Origin: Mytilus trossulus
Taxonomy: Eukaryota
Length of the DNA stretch: 64,000 nt
NCBI RefSeq assembly: GCF_036588685.1
Contig: NC_086374.1
Location: 44,578,001-44,642,000 of the forward strand
Direction: 5' to 3'
The position numbers and the translations under genes are program-made. The notes beneath the pieces are model-generated. The model was not told where the DNA came from, did no database searches, and saw only the letters and a program-made list of their open reading frames with translations. Shown piece after piece: positions 12,601 to 23,091 of the stretch (its first letter is position 1; each line of letters begins with the position of its first letter).

Positions 12601-15600
12601 CTGCTTTATTAATTTTTAAAGATGACAAAGCAGTAGATATTTCGGTTTCAGAGATCCTACTATCAAGTTCATTAAAGCACTTTCTTTTTTCAAGAATATT
12701 TAGCTTTTCCTCCAAAAATTGCAGTCGTTCTTTAAACTCATCTTTTGGTTCTGTCAAATTTTTAAAATGATTCAACCAATCAAATGGTGCGACTAATGCA
12801 CTTTTATCATCCTTTTCCTTACCCTGAAGTTCATCAATCAATTGCCAGTACTGCTTAGGGTTTTCCTCGTGCAGTGTTTCTATCTGCTTCAACAAAGACT
12901 GCTTGTACTCTCTGTATTTGTGTTTTCGTGCCTTAGTATATAAGCGCTGTAGTTTATAAAAGTGACCTTTAACAGCAGGATCTCTGGGAAATCGAGAATA
13001 AATTTTCCCATAACTAAATAGGTGTTTTCGCAAATATGCAAGATTACAGTCAAACCACTTTTGGTGTTTAACCCCCTTACCCGTTTGGGCTTTACGCCTT
13101 TTAAGGGAAATATTGGCAGCAGTTTTAATAATGTCTGTCAATTCTAGAGATGCGCTATCAATTGCATTTTGGGAATTGATAGGCTCAAGTTTAAGGAATT
13201 TTTCAAGTCGCTGCTGAATTTCTGCCGTAAAAAGGGCATCTTGAAAAAGAGCTGGTGAGTCATCTGACCATATGAAACCTGGTGACATTTTATGAGTATT
13301 AACACTATCACAATCAGTTTTTAAACAATATTTTGCAGACAATGACCATTCTAACAAACAATGGCAGTCTGATAGTGTTGGTATAAAATTACATATCCTC
13401 ATATACAAAATTTGATTTAGGATACTCTCCGACACTAAAACATAATCAACTGTACTAGCTCCATTAGGTGTATAACATGTTAGACCACCAAAGGTGTCAC
13501 CAAGAACTCGACCATTTAGAATCCTTATTTGGTTACTAATACACAAGTCAAGCAGGTCCCTGCCCCTTGAGTCAAGTTTATCATCTTTGCTCCTTCTTTC
13601 AAGAATTTGTTTATCGCTGAAATAGGACTGATATAATGGAGAAAGATTATTACTGTCATCTATGATGAAATCTGCATCAGAAGCCACTCTGGCATTAAAG
13701 TCCCCACACAATAATATATTACCCTGTTTTTGATAGGAAGCAATATCCTTTTCTAAACATGTAAGAATATCATGGTCAAGTCCTTTGGAATATGATGACC
13801 CCTCTGGTGGGTTATACACAACACATATAAAAAGATCTTTGTCAAATCCAAAGAATTGTTTTTCTAATTTCACCCACTGAAAATCTGGGATAGTTGATTT
13901 TAGAATTTTCACATGTTGCTTTAGTGAGGGCTTGCGTAGTATTGCAACCCCTCCAAAATGCCTGTTGTTATATTTAGTTACAGGTCTACAAATAAGATGA
14001 CAATGGAATGACCCTATATTAGTTATATTAGAATCATACCCCAAGTGTGTTTCAGCAAGGAACACTAGATCTAGATTTTCTATATGTTTCAAAAAAAGGG
14101 GGTCTTGAATCTTGTTGTTTTGTCTTTTTTTTAGACCACCCACGTTCTAGAAGCCCATTTTAATGGAAGATAAATTATCACAAGTCATATAATAATAAAC
14201 AAACAAGATAAAATTATATCGTGCTGATAAATATTTTGACTCAAGAAATATTTTTCATCAGTGTTATGACATTTATATTCATTCATAAAACTCAACAAAA
14301 TATAAGGAAAAATCTACATGATCTAGATCGATATTTTTACCATATGTGTTGTGTTGAATATAAAAATATTGCTGCTATGATCGAATTGATATCTATTTGT
14401 TTTGGTTTGAATTTTGACCCAATTTTGCTTCACTAGTCATAACGACATCAGTAAGATAAAATAGAAACGCAAATCTATATTTAGAATCTAAAGGTCGAGG
14501 CAACTCAGTTCCAGTGAGGACTGTTTGATTCATTCTCGTTTGTACAAAATAAATAGTACCGTATAAAATAACGCACAAAGTGTTTCCTAACTAGTGCAAA
14601 TTCAAATAAATGAAATATTAAGGTTTTTATCGTTGAAATGCATTTCGATTTCTTTGATTTCATCATGACGAAAACAATACTTTCACGCAATAAATGATAT
14701 CTCCCAAACAACACCAACGGTTGCGTTACGTGCCAACCGTACCTGATACGTAGCAAATCTGGAAACCTCTACTAGTAGGCGGGGATTACTTCAATACACG
14801 GTTACTGCTGGTTATCATAACGTTCTTTTGTACAAACAACAGAGGAAAAATCTTAAGGATTTCAACAGACGAGGAAATTTATAATGAACGTTTGACATAA
14901 ATAAAGGCTACATTGGAATACCGCTGTTCGAAATTCATAAATCGATATAAACTCATAAACACATTTTAAGCTTGTAACTGTTGGCATGTTTTATGTATAG
15001 ACCAATATAAGTAGGTTCCTAATACTAACGGTATTGAGGGCTTAATCACTTATAGAGGCCACTATACAGTCTAAATATCGTCGGTTGGATCCATTCGTAA
15101 CATATTTGAATATAAATAATTGTAAAATGTTTCTGCAAAGAAGCAGCATTAGTTATTCAGTAATGCCTCGTTCACACGTACATCTAATTCGAATTAGTTG
15201 AATGCGAATCGAATTCGAATTACATGTAAACTCAGCATTACTTACATTTATATGATGACCGCAAATGATAGAGAAGTATATATTATTTTTTAAGGCTTTA
15301 CATGCTTAATCGGAATGAGATGTGAATCATACCAAGTTTCTTATCTATTGGTAACGACATTAAATATAAGTAGTACTTTGAAGTTAACTTCATTGAATAG
15401 ATTGTGTTACATTGATACAGACGAATATATCCACCGTCTTATATTTAAGCATTTTTCTATAGTGATGCGAGCGGCTTCGTTATTTCCTGAAAACTGCCAC
15501 CAAGTATGTTCCAGATAAAATTTATAAAGCAATTAAGAAAATAGAAGACAATGAATCCCTTTTGGGATTTGATACATTGATAAAGGGCCTTTTAAAAGAA

Positions 15601-18600
15601 TAGCAGATATAAACCGATTTGACCGAGGAGTTAGACCCTATGCTTTTGAGTTGTATTCACGAATAGTCGATATACAACATATAACATTTGCTACAGTGGA
15701 AATAGTATTTGAAGCCAATTAAGGAATGACTGTAACATTTTTCTACCTATGAAGAAATTACTTTTAAAATGTGGTGCACACTGAATAACCCGTGTACCGG
15801 TTTTTTTAAAGTGTGCACCACATTTTTTTTTTTAGGTTGTTTCGATTAGACAGAAGTAAAAAATTACAGTCATTCCGTATAATTTTATTCTTTAATGTGA
15901 AGGAGTAAATCATGAATACGTTGATGATGTCACGGTCACATGAAAAAAAAAATATGTTCAAAAACGTTGTAGCCAATCAGAAGACGTTACGGTATGCATG
16001 TATAAATTCTACTTCATTACATAAAATTGTAAACCACAGATCTGAAGAAAAACGTATCGAGAGAATAGAGTTGGCACTTAAAATGTCTAAAAACTTAGAG
16101 CAAACAATATTCAAATCAGACCACAATAAAATCAGAAAGGTAAGCATGGCGTTGAAAAAGTTTTTGCAACATGCTCAAACAAAATCATACTATATGCATC
16201 GTTGTATGACCGATAAAGATGACACTTTAACATTCCTTTAATTTATAAACAGATAAAACAACATTCAAACCAGTGAACTCAATTGTGACAGGCACAGTAA
16301 ATATACATCTTACTGCGAACGCCACAATGACTGAATTCGAGGGATATACTCTTGAAATTGATCCTCCATCCAAAACCATACGTATAACTTCTAAAACCAA
16401 TGCTGGGATATTTTATGGAGTCCAAACCTTATTGAGTATACTTGCTGACGGATATAAAATACCAAAGCTTCTCATAAAAGATGAGCCTCGATATGAATTC
16501 CGTGGTATGCATATTGATATTGCAAGAAATTTTAGACCAAAGTCAACATTGTTAAATCTTTTGGATGCTATGGCAACATATAAATTAAACAAACTCCATC
16601 TCCATGCAACTGATGACGAAGGCTGGAGGTTAGAAATCAAAGATTTACCCGAGTTAACGGAGGTAATATATTTTGTCACACTGCCATAAACTTACACATT
16701 TGTCCGCATGGAAAATAACAGATTTGCATACTTTTAGTTACTTAATATTTATATATTTTTTCAGATAAAAAAAACCAATTATATATCATATTTATGATAG
16801 TAACTTCTGTTGATAAGAGTTACGACTTATTCCTTCTGTCAGTTTGCTTTGTTTGCTTTGCCACATCTCTTAGGGGAAAAGTATAACAAAAAACTCCAAG
16901 GCAATTCAGAATGGGGAAGTCCTTGAAAACTGACAAAATCAAAATGGGGTAGTCCTTGAAAACTGACAAAATCAAAATTGGGAAGTCCATAAAAACTGAC
17001 AAAATCAAAATAAGAATGTCTATACGCTATCAATCGACGGAAAAAATAATAAACAACCGCCACATTCCTGACTTGGTACAGGCATGTTCAGAAGAAAATG
17101 GTGGGTTAAACTTAGAAATTAGACAACATTGTTGTTTATGCTTTCCATTCATTGTGTATTATATAACTTTGGAAGAGTAAAGATCAAATCCTAATGTTCT
17201 TAATGATATTGTGTTTTCTTCAGGTTGGTTCTAAGCGTTGTCATAGTTCATCTGAAAATGAGTGTCTAATTCCACAGTTAGGGTCAGGCCCTGATAACAG
17301 TACTTCTGGGAGTGGATATCTTTCAATTCAAGATTACCAAGAAATACTAAAATATGCCAAGGATCGTCATATTGAAGTTATACCAGAAGTTGACATGCCG
17401 GGACATTCACGCGCAGCAATAAAAGCAATGGAAATAAGATACAAACGGCTTATGCACAATAACCAAAAGGCAGATGCTGAAAAATTTAGACTTTTCGATC
17501 CATCTGATTCCTCAACATATTTATCAGTTCAATATTTCGGTGACAATGCTCTTAGTCCATGTATTGAAAGTACTTTTAATTTCGTTGATAAAGTGGTGAA
17601 GGAAATAAAAGCTATGCATGAAAGTGTGGGAACACCATTAAAAATATTCCATTTTGGTGGAGACGAGGTTGCCAAAAATGCATGGTCAAACTCGACATCA
17701 TGTAGAAGGCTTGGTTTTAACAGCACAAAAAGAAATGAAATTCGAACGAGTTTGAAAAAAATGTTTGCACAACGTGTTGCTAACATTACACACAAACACG
17801 GATTGAATCTTTTAGGTTGGGAAGATGGTTTCTCGGAAGGAAAAGGAAAGCCGTTTGACAGAGCGTTATTTCCTAACGCTGATGTCTATAGCAACGCTTG
17901 GGATAATGTATGGGAATGGGGTGAAGCAAGAAGAGCTTACAATTTTGCAAATGCTGGATATAAGGTAAGCCTCGCGGAATATTATATTTCATCCTGCATA
18001 TGACCTTTTAATTATACAAATACTGGTGTAGAGATAACACGAAGTTATACACGTATAGTAATATTCCTCTGATAATCTGCTTCTGTTGCGAACGAACGAT
18101 AATGTTCAAATAAATGTTCAAAGCTAAAAACCAGGAATCATCGCCAACAGGAGAATATTTCGGTTTTTTCTAGTGTTGAGGTTGAATCATATGATCATGG
18201 TTTTTTTTAAAGCTATTCATTTAATTTCTCTCGGGTTTCTGGCTGAATTAGTCTTAAGCTTTTCTATGTTTGTTAAAATAAGCATCTTTTGATACGATAT
18301 TTGAAATAAAGAGTTTTCCCTGCTTATGCTTTTTAAACACAAAGAACAAGAAAAAGATGTAAGCAAACCCGACAACCAAACTATGACAGAAAATGAATGA
18401 ATAGCATTGATATACAATGAATAGGGCTGGCATGGAAAGTCAAAGTTATAGTTTTTTACATACTGCCATTTATTTCTTTTCTAATATGCCCCTTAATTTA
18501 TTGTTTTCGACGATCTTTCACAACAGCTTTATTTTACAGATAATCATGTCACATGCAACGCATTTGTATTTTAATCATCCTTATGAACCGGATCCGGAAG

Positions 18601-21008
18601 AAAGAGGACTTTACTGGGCTCCGAGATTTACAGACACATTTAAGACATTTGGGTTTATGCCAGATAAATTATACGAAAATATTGACATAAGCAGAATGGG
18701 TGCACAATTGAATCGATCTAAAATCTGTGGAGAGAATGATGTAAATTGTCCGAGTCTGCAAGTGCCAGAACATATTATCGGTAATAGGTTTTTGTTTCTA
18801 GTATAATGAAAAGTCAAGTGAAATTTTAATGTTTCTAACCATTGAACTCTTATTTTATTTTTTAGTTTATTAATATCTCATTTATCGGTTCTCTAAAATC
18901 CATCGGGTTTAGTAAGAACTTAGAGTTACTTAGATTAAGCTATTAATGTATGTAAAATCATGCTTCTTCTGGTTAACTTTTCTTCTTGGGCAAAGACAAT
19001 AGAAATAAAACATATATAATTACTAATATTATTTAAGATTTTAGAGGAAGGAAAGAGTTTTAACATTTGAACATAAAGTTTTATTTACCTCATGTCTGTT
19101 GGCATACAACATGATTTTATATTATTTGCAGGAATGCAAGGTCATTTGTGGAGCGAAACAGTGCTTACAGAGTCTAATTTTTATTACATGGTATTTCCAA
19201 GGTTATTAGCTTTGGCTGAACGAGCTTGGCACAAGGGCTTATGGGAAGATGAAATTTTGAAAAATAAACGAGACCAGAAAATGAAAGAAGACTGGGGTGA
19301 TTTTGCAGAGACACTAGGAGACCGGGAATTGAAACGATTAGATGAAATGGGTATTGAATACAGAATTTCTCCTCCTGGGGCAAGGTTTGTTATTCTTACT
19401 CATTATTACTACTAAAAGTGATACTAGTAGTATTTCTCATTAAAGTACAATGTAAACTGTACGTATACGTATATTAAACTTTTTTTTTTATAATACACAA
19501 CATGCAAGTACATTGTATCTTAACAAAAAGAACAGATGATCATTCGAAAAATCCGATTGGAAATGTATTTCCTCAACTCATAAAAAGACTTTTTAATTGT
19601 GAAAATGTTTATGCTAGATAGGCTTGCCTGGTAAAATGAAGTCAGGGATGATGTTAACACAACTTATTAAAAATCTCTAATCTTACATAGATACAAATAT
19701 TTTGTTTGAAATTATTACAATACGTGTAGAAATCTTATTACAAACGGGGTACTAAATAGTATTTTTTACAGAGCATGTGGTCATACTTTTCTCATGTTAA
19801 TGACGTTTTTAGAATATGTTGGAAGCGTACTGATTGATATATTTCCTTGGAAAAAACTTTTATTTATAATTTGAAATTAGACACTGAACAAGATTTCAGT
19901 AGATGTGTGATCTCTTAAACCGGTTAATGTCTTTTGAACTTTTGTTATTTATCAAATGCTGATCTTATTTTTCAAAGTTAACCCTTTCAAACTGATTTTA
20001 CAGGTTTTTGTTATGATGTGACGTTTCACCAGGGTGACTTTGCATGTCTGTCTCAAGCCATGAGCTTGTAACTAGGTGAATGGTTGTTGGTGAATGCTGT
20101 CTTCCATATCATGTCTGTTTATCATTTAATGTTTAAGTATAAATCAAATACATGAATAGTTGTGTTTCTCTTCCAGTTCTCTTGTCATTTTGGTATTTAA
20201 AGGTCATACGGTAACCTGTAGGTGCTAACACCCGTTTCATTTGGTCTTTGGTGGATAGTAGTCTCCTTATTTTGATAATATGCTCTTTTAGAGTTTCAGG
20301 AAATACAGCGATAGTAAATGGAGAATATAAATCCTCACATATAGAGTACAGTAATGACAGTGGCAAAATATGGAAGATGGTTCCAAGAAAATGGAACCTA
20401 ACTGACAAATTTGACGTACTGTTACGAACAAAGCAAGTATTGCTATTTATTTTATACGTCAGGAGGCTCAAGGGTACAAAAATTTCGGCAAAATATAATA
20501 AAAACATATTTTTGATTACAACTTTTATTTATTACACTATTCGTTGTCAATTTGTAATATGGTACAAACATCAAACAGATAAGTCAATTCGTTTTGGCCC
20601 CAAATGACTTTAAAATTGTTACATCTTTGACGAAGCTCAAAGTTATCTCCCTTTGATGCAAAAATGTCATTTGTTAGCACTAAATTTGAAATATCTTTTT
20701 TAACTCATAAATGACGTTTATTTTTTTATCTTATTTTCGGGCACATCGAATGTAGCGGGGTTAACCTAAGTTTGTTTTTACATATTTTTTATGTTAACCT
20801 CTTCTGTGTGGCATTATTGGAGAAATTGTATGTTCGTATAAATGTTTAATACAAAAAAATGTATTGTAAATAAATTAAAAACATTGAGACAGCCTGAGAA
20901 CAGATTTTGATTCCAGACATTTTTAGGGATCAATTTATCTATTTTTCTAGGTCTGTTGATGGACGCAGAAGCAGCAGATCAGTCAAGTTTAATCCAGGTA
21001 TTGATTAA
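6683..21008 (+). CDS. GH20 beta-N-acetylhexosaminidase / chitobiase (Serratia Chb-type architecture), module 1; 866 aa if it ends at TAA 21006-21008
   Basis: Exons 6683-6731 (MAQWIIISLIIVLLYA signal peptide), 7591-8298, 16253-16662, 17224-17964, 18540-18780, 19132-19384, 20292-20432 (GC donor), 20951-21008. Phases are compatible; total 2601 nt. Motifs: PRYEFRGMHIDIARNF, HLHATDDEGWRLEI, PEVDMPGH, catalytic HFGGDE, GWEDG, AWDNVWEWG, YFNHPYEPDPEERGLYW, QGHLWSE, FPRLLALAERAW, C-terminal RTKSVDGRRSSR. Confidence 0.93.
10075..14188 (-). mobile_element. Non-LTR retrotransposon (APE + RT + CCHC; RTE-X-like LINE), apparently 5'-truncated, in intron 2 of GH20 module 1
   Basis: Long ORF with APE and RT motifs; ~600-bp 3'UTR ending in AATAAA (10103-10098) and a (CTT)n tail (about 10093-10075). 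No ORF1 seen upstream. Clade assignment is from motif recognition. Confidence 0.9.
10679..14143 (-). CDS. LINE ORF2 endonuclease/reverse transcriptase (1154 aa open; true start probably ATG 14188, interrupted by TAG at 14149-14147)
   Basis: APE motifs LAETH, LCGDFNAR, STVDY, SDHC. RT motifs NYRGI, FVDFQKAFD, GVKQGDNLSP, LYADD, YLGI. C-terminal SSHRLRIEQGRY...CLRC...HFLFSC zinc knuckle. Confidence 0.92.
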   Translation of the reverse strand: MGGLKKRQNNKIQDPLFLKHIENLDLVFLAETHLGYDSNITNIGSFHCHLICRPVTKYNNRHFGGVAILRKPSLKQHVKILKSTIPDFQWVKLEKQFFGFDKDLFICVVYNPPEGSSYSKGLDHDILTCLEKDIASYQKQGNILLCGDFNARVASDADFIIDDSNNLSPLYQSYFSDKQILERRSKDDKLDSRGRDLLDLCISNQIRILNGRVLGDTFGGLTCYTPNGASTVDYVLVSESILNQILYMRICNFIPTLSDCHCLLEWSLSAKYCLKTDCDSVNTHKMSPGFIWSDDSPALFQDALFTAEIQQRLEKFLKLEPINSQNAIDSASLELTDIIKTAANISLKRRKAQTGKGVKHQKWFDCNLAYLRKHLFSYGKIYSRFPRDPAVKGHFYKLQRLYTKARKHKYREYKQSLLKQIETLHEENPKQYWQLIDELQGKEKDDKSALVAPFDWLNHFKNLTEPKDEFKERLQFLEEKLNILEKRKCFNELDSRISETEISTALSSLKINKAAGLDNISNSMLKYGQTSLLPCLLKLFNNCLSYGKYPEPWTIGYIFPIHKGNDASDPNNYRGITITDALGKLFNKILDTRLCKFLDKYQIIKDSQIGFTRKARPSDHMFILKTIIDKYCHTKEGRVFACFVDFQKAFDTVIHPGIKLKLLNIGLGTNFYNIIKSMYAQSKSCIRLKNRVTDLFPTKVGVKQGDNLSPNLFKIFINDLPDYLEKSPDPVLVNSKPVHCLLYADDIVIFSSSEKGLQCKLDQLNNYCKNWCMKINLKKTKVMVFNKAGRHIKHNFYFNDMLIDCVQHCKYLGITFSASGSFSFAQKELYNKALKAFYKLRKDFLSLNPNIKNSLHVFDHTIKPILLYSSEIWGFFNPFKKKLNSQTYTVDQAYPKLFSDRLHMKFCKLLLGVGKRATNLATLSELGRFPLHFDITKSMIRYWHRLENLGSSFPLLKDAYLESKLLFESKIPSWYGSLNYLQKKINGVDSLTFASNFRFKILIKKFLYEHYEIQWRNQMHNCADGKLCSYSTFKTHFGLERYLTILQSPEQRRNFTRLRISSHRLRIEQGRYQGTLRQDRICLRCTSNEVDDEKHFLFSCTSSQDKRNYLNSTIDLLCPNFKHLIPSQKLIWLLNVENLDILISVCELIDEDKI
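15717..15884. mobile_element. Palindromic MITE (AATTAAGGAATGACTGTAA...TTACAGTCATTCC)
   Basis: Terminal and internal (GTGGTGCACAC/GTGTGCACCAC) inverted repeats; a related copy starts near 57394. Confidence 0.6.
16905..17012. repeat. ~31-bp tandem repeat x3
   Basis: AAAACTGACAAAATCAAAAT(GGGGTAGTCCTTG) repeated three times; explains the repetitive ORFs at 16820-17180. Confidence 0.8.
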
Positions 21009-21009
21009 A

Positions 21010-21350
21010 AATAAAATTTAAAAAATATTGAATTCCGAGGAAAATTCAAAAAGGAAAGTCCCTTATCAAAAGCCCGAACACATCAAACGAATGGATAACA
21101 ATTGTCGTATTCCTGATTTGGTACAGGCATGTTCTTATGCAGAAAATGATGGGTTTATAGCTAGGTAAACCGCTCACTTGTATGACTGTCGCATCAAGTT
21201 CCATGTTTCGATGTGTGAACAAAACAAACAGACACAGTAAATAAAAATGTAAAATTAGGGGTACAGCAGTCAACATTGTGTTTCACTATCAAAACAAATG
21301 TAACAAAGAAGCACAAAACGGCATGAATCAAATTCAACAACCCCATTCAT
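21010..21350 (+). repeat. High-copy interspersed repeat family B (AATTCAAAAAGGAAAGTCCC...CATATTCCTGACTTG)
   Basis: Related copies at about 675-815 (rc), 1720-1830 (rc), 4705-4830, 31185-31420 and 31720-31960 (rc). Confidence 0.75.
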
Positions 21351-21579
21351 TGCTATTTTATTATAAGATTTGATATATCGATGTAAAATCCACTTATAAA
21401 GGATTGAAAGATTTTTAAATGTACTGGGACCGAATTCTTACCCTGACAGACAAATGGTTAGATAAACATTAACTCTGACGTAGAATCGCGCGTTTGACGT
21501 CACACAGGTAGATATACAATATGATTTGCACTTAAAACCTAAACTGATATAATTATTTATGTACAAACTGAACATTTAA

Positions 21580-21985
21580 GCCTTTTTCAATTGATTTGTA
21601 TAGTTCGTTCTTATGTTGTACTGTTATACCACTGTCCCAGGTTAGGGGGAGGGTTGGGATCCCGCTAACATGTTTAACCCCGCCACATTATTTATGTATG
21701 TGCCTTTCCCAAGTCAGGAGCCTGTAATTCAGTGGTTGTCGTTTGTTTATGTGTTACATATTTGTTTTTCGTTCATTTTTTTACATAAATAAGGCCGTTA
21801 GTTTTCTCGTTTGAATGGTTTTACATTATCTTATCGGGGCCTTTTACAGCTGACTATGCGGTATAGGCTTTGCTCATTGTTGAAGGCCGTACGGTGACCT
21901 ATAGTTGTAAATGTTAGTGTAATTTTGGTATTTTGTGGATAGTTGTCTCATTGGCAATCATACCACATCTTCTTCTTTATATTTG
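21580..21985 (-). repeat. High-copy interspersed repeat family A (GAAGATGTGGTATGATTGCCAATGAGACAAC end)
   Basis: Reverse complement of about 165-560. Partial copies near 9640-9720, 30330-30435, 36140-36345, 40530-40630, 41595-41770, 45920-46050, 53720-53890, 58265-58500 and 63003-63120. Confidence 0.8.
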
Positions 21986-23091
21986 AACTTAGAAAATAAT
22001 ACATATAGTATAAAAATTCCTTTAACAATAAAAAGGGAAAGCACTGCATATTCATTGAGAGAAATCAATTCTATTTTAAGTATACAAAATACTTGTTTGC
22101 CTGGATGGACATGTTGTATGTACTATAATTGCTCATGGTTCATCTGTGTTAATGTGTTACACACCATCCTGAAAAGTAAATTTATTAAAAAAAAATGTAT
22201 GAAAGAGTGACATTGGCCTTTAATTTATTGACCCAAAACTCATTAGGCTTGTCCATCCTCAATATGTATGAGTTTCATTCTAACCAATGAATTAAACGCA
22301 AGCTAAAATTTGGAAAAAGTTTTTTAACTTCAAGAGAATTAAGTAGCTGTGATATTAACCTTACAATCAATAAGGTTTTCTCCCTTCCCTATATTTTTAA
22401 TCTGTAATTTTTTTATTCAAGTCAAAGAAGAGAAACTCAGACAAGTTACCATCATCAAAACAATGTTTCTAATTTAGTTACAGTGACATTGACCTTTGAT
22501 CTATTTACACCAAAATCAACAGGCTCTCTTTTCGATATATCCATCTTTATGATTTTAATTGTAATCAAAATGTATGGGAGACTAAAGTTATCATCCAAAA
22601 ATAAACCCACGGACGTTCACACATTACAGTACTATACGTATGCTCACTTCTAATTCTGGAGCAAAATAAAAATATGATAAATTTTGTAAAGCAGGTCATT
22701 TATCCTTGCATTTTTGAACGGAATCATTATCAGTAAAATTATTATGAATACGATGTGAGCACATGCTTATATCGTTGTTTTGTGGAATCCAATCAGAATC
22801 TAGGTCAACGTTGCGGCAATTTCTAATGTTTTTGAGTATTCGTGTGAGAGATGAACAAATGATGATTTATATTCGTGTTGTATTTCTACTCGCGAAAATT
22901 GCACAAGCGAAAATAAGTTTGCATGTAGTCATCAGATTTGAAGACAGACAATAATATTCTGGACCTTCTTACAAGAACATCATGAAAAATAAATATTTAT
23001 TTGGAAATAATGCTTCAAGCACAGTTTTTCATGTTGCAGAATAATCTTATTAAATGTGTTTTGCTTCCATCTTTTAATCGTTTATTTTCAG

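Larger units (their letters stand above)
8442..14771. mobile_element. Non-autonomous TIR DNA transposon (hAT-like) hosting the LINE
   Basis: Perfect 19-bp TIR: TAGAGGTTTCCAGATTTGC (8442-8460) and GCAAATCTGGAAACCTCTA (14753-14771). Subterminal AACCGT/ACGGTT motifs at both ends. No clean TSD seen. Confidence 0.65.

Noticed and set aside
15912-16241. 109-aa ORF just upstream of GH20 exon 3
   Set aside because: No domain similarity; it lies in intron 2 and ends before the true acceptor at 16252.
22859-22917. Possible signal-peptide exon for module 2 (MMIYIRVVFLLAKIAQAKI, phase-1 A|gtttgc)
   Set aside because: Weak donor and short hydrophobic core, and the sequence (tcgcgaaaatt...gcgaaaataag) looks like the end of a common MITE. 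Not excluded: it is the main alternative to the fusion model.
23001-23091. In-frame N-terminal extension of the ORF (MLQAQFFMLQNN...) as start of module 2
   Set aside because: It runs through a clear polypyrimidine tract and ttttcag acceptor and lacks a good signal peptide; interpreted as intron.
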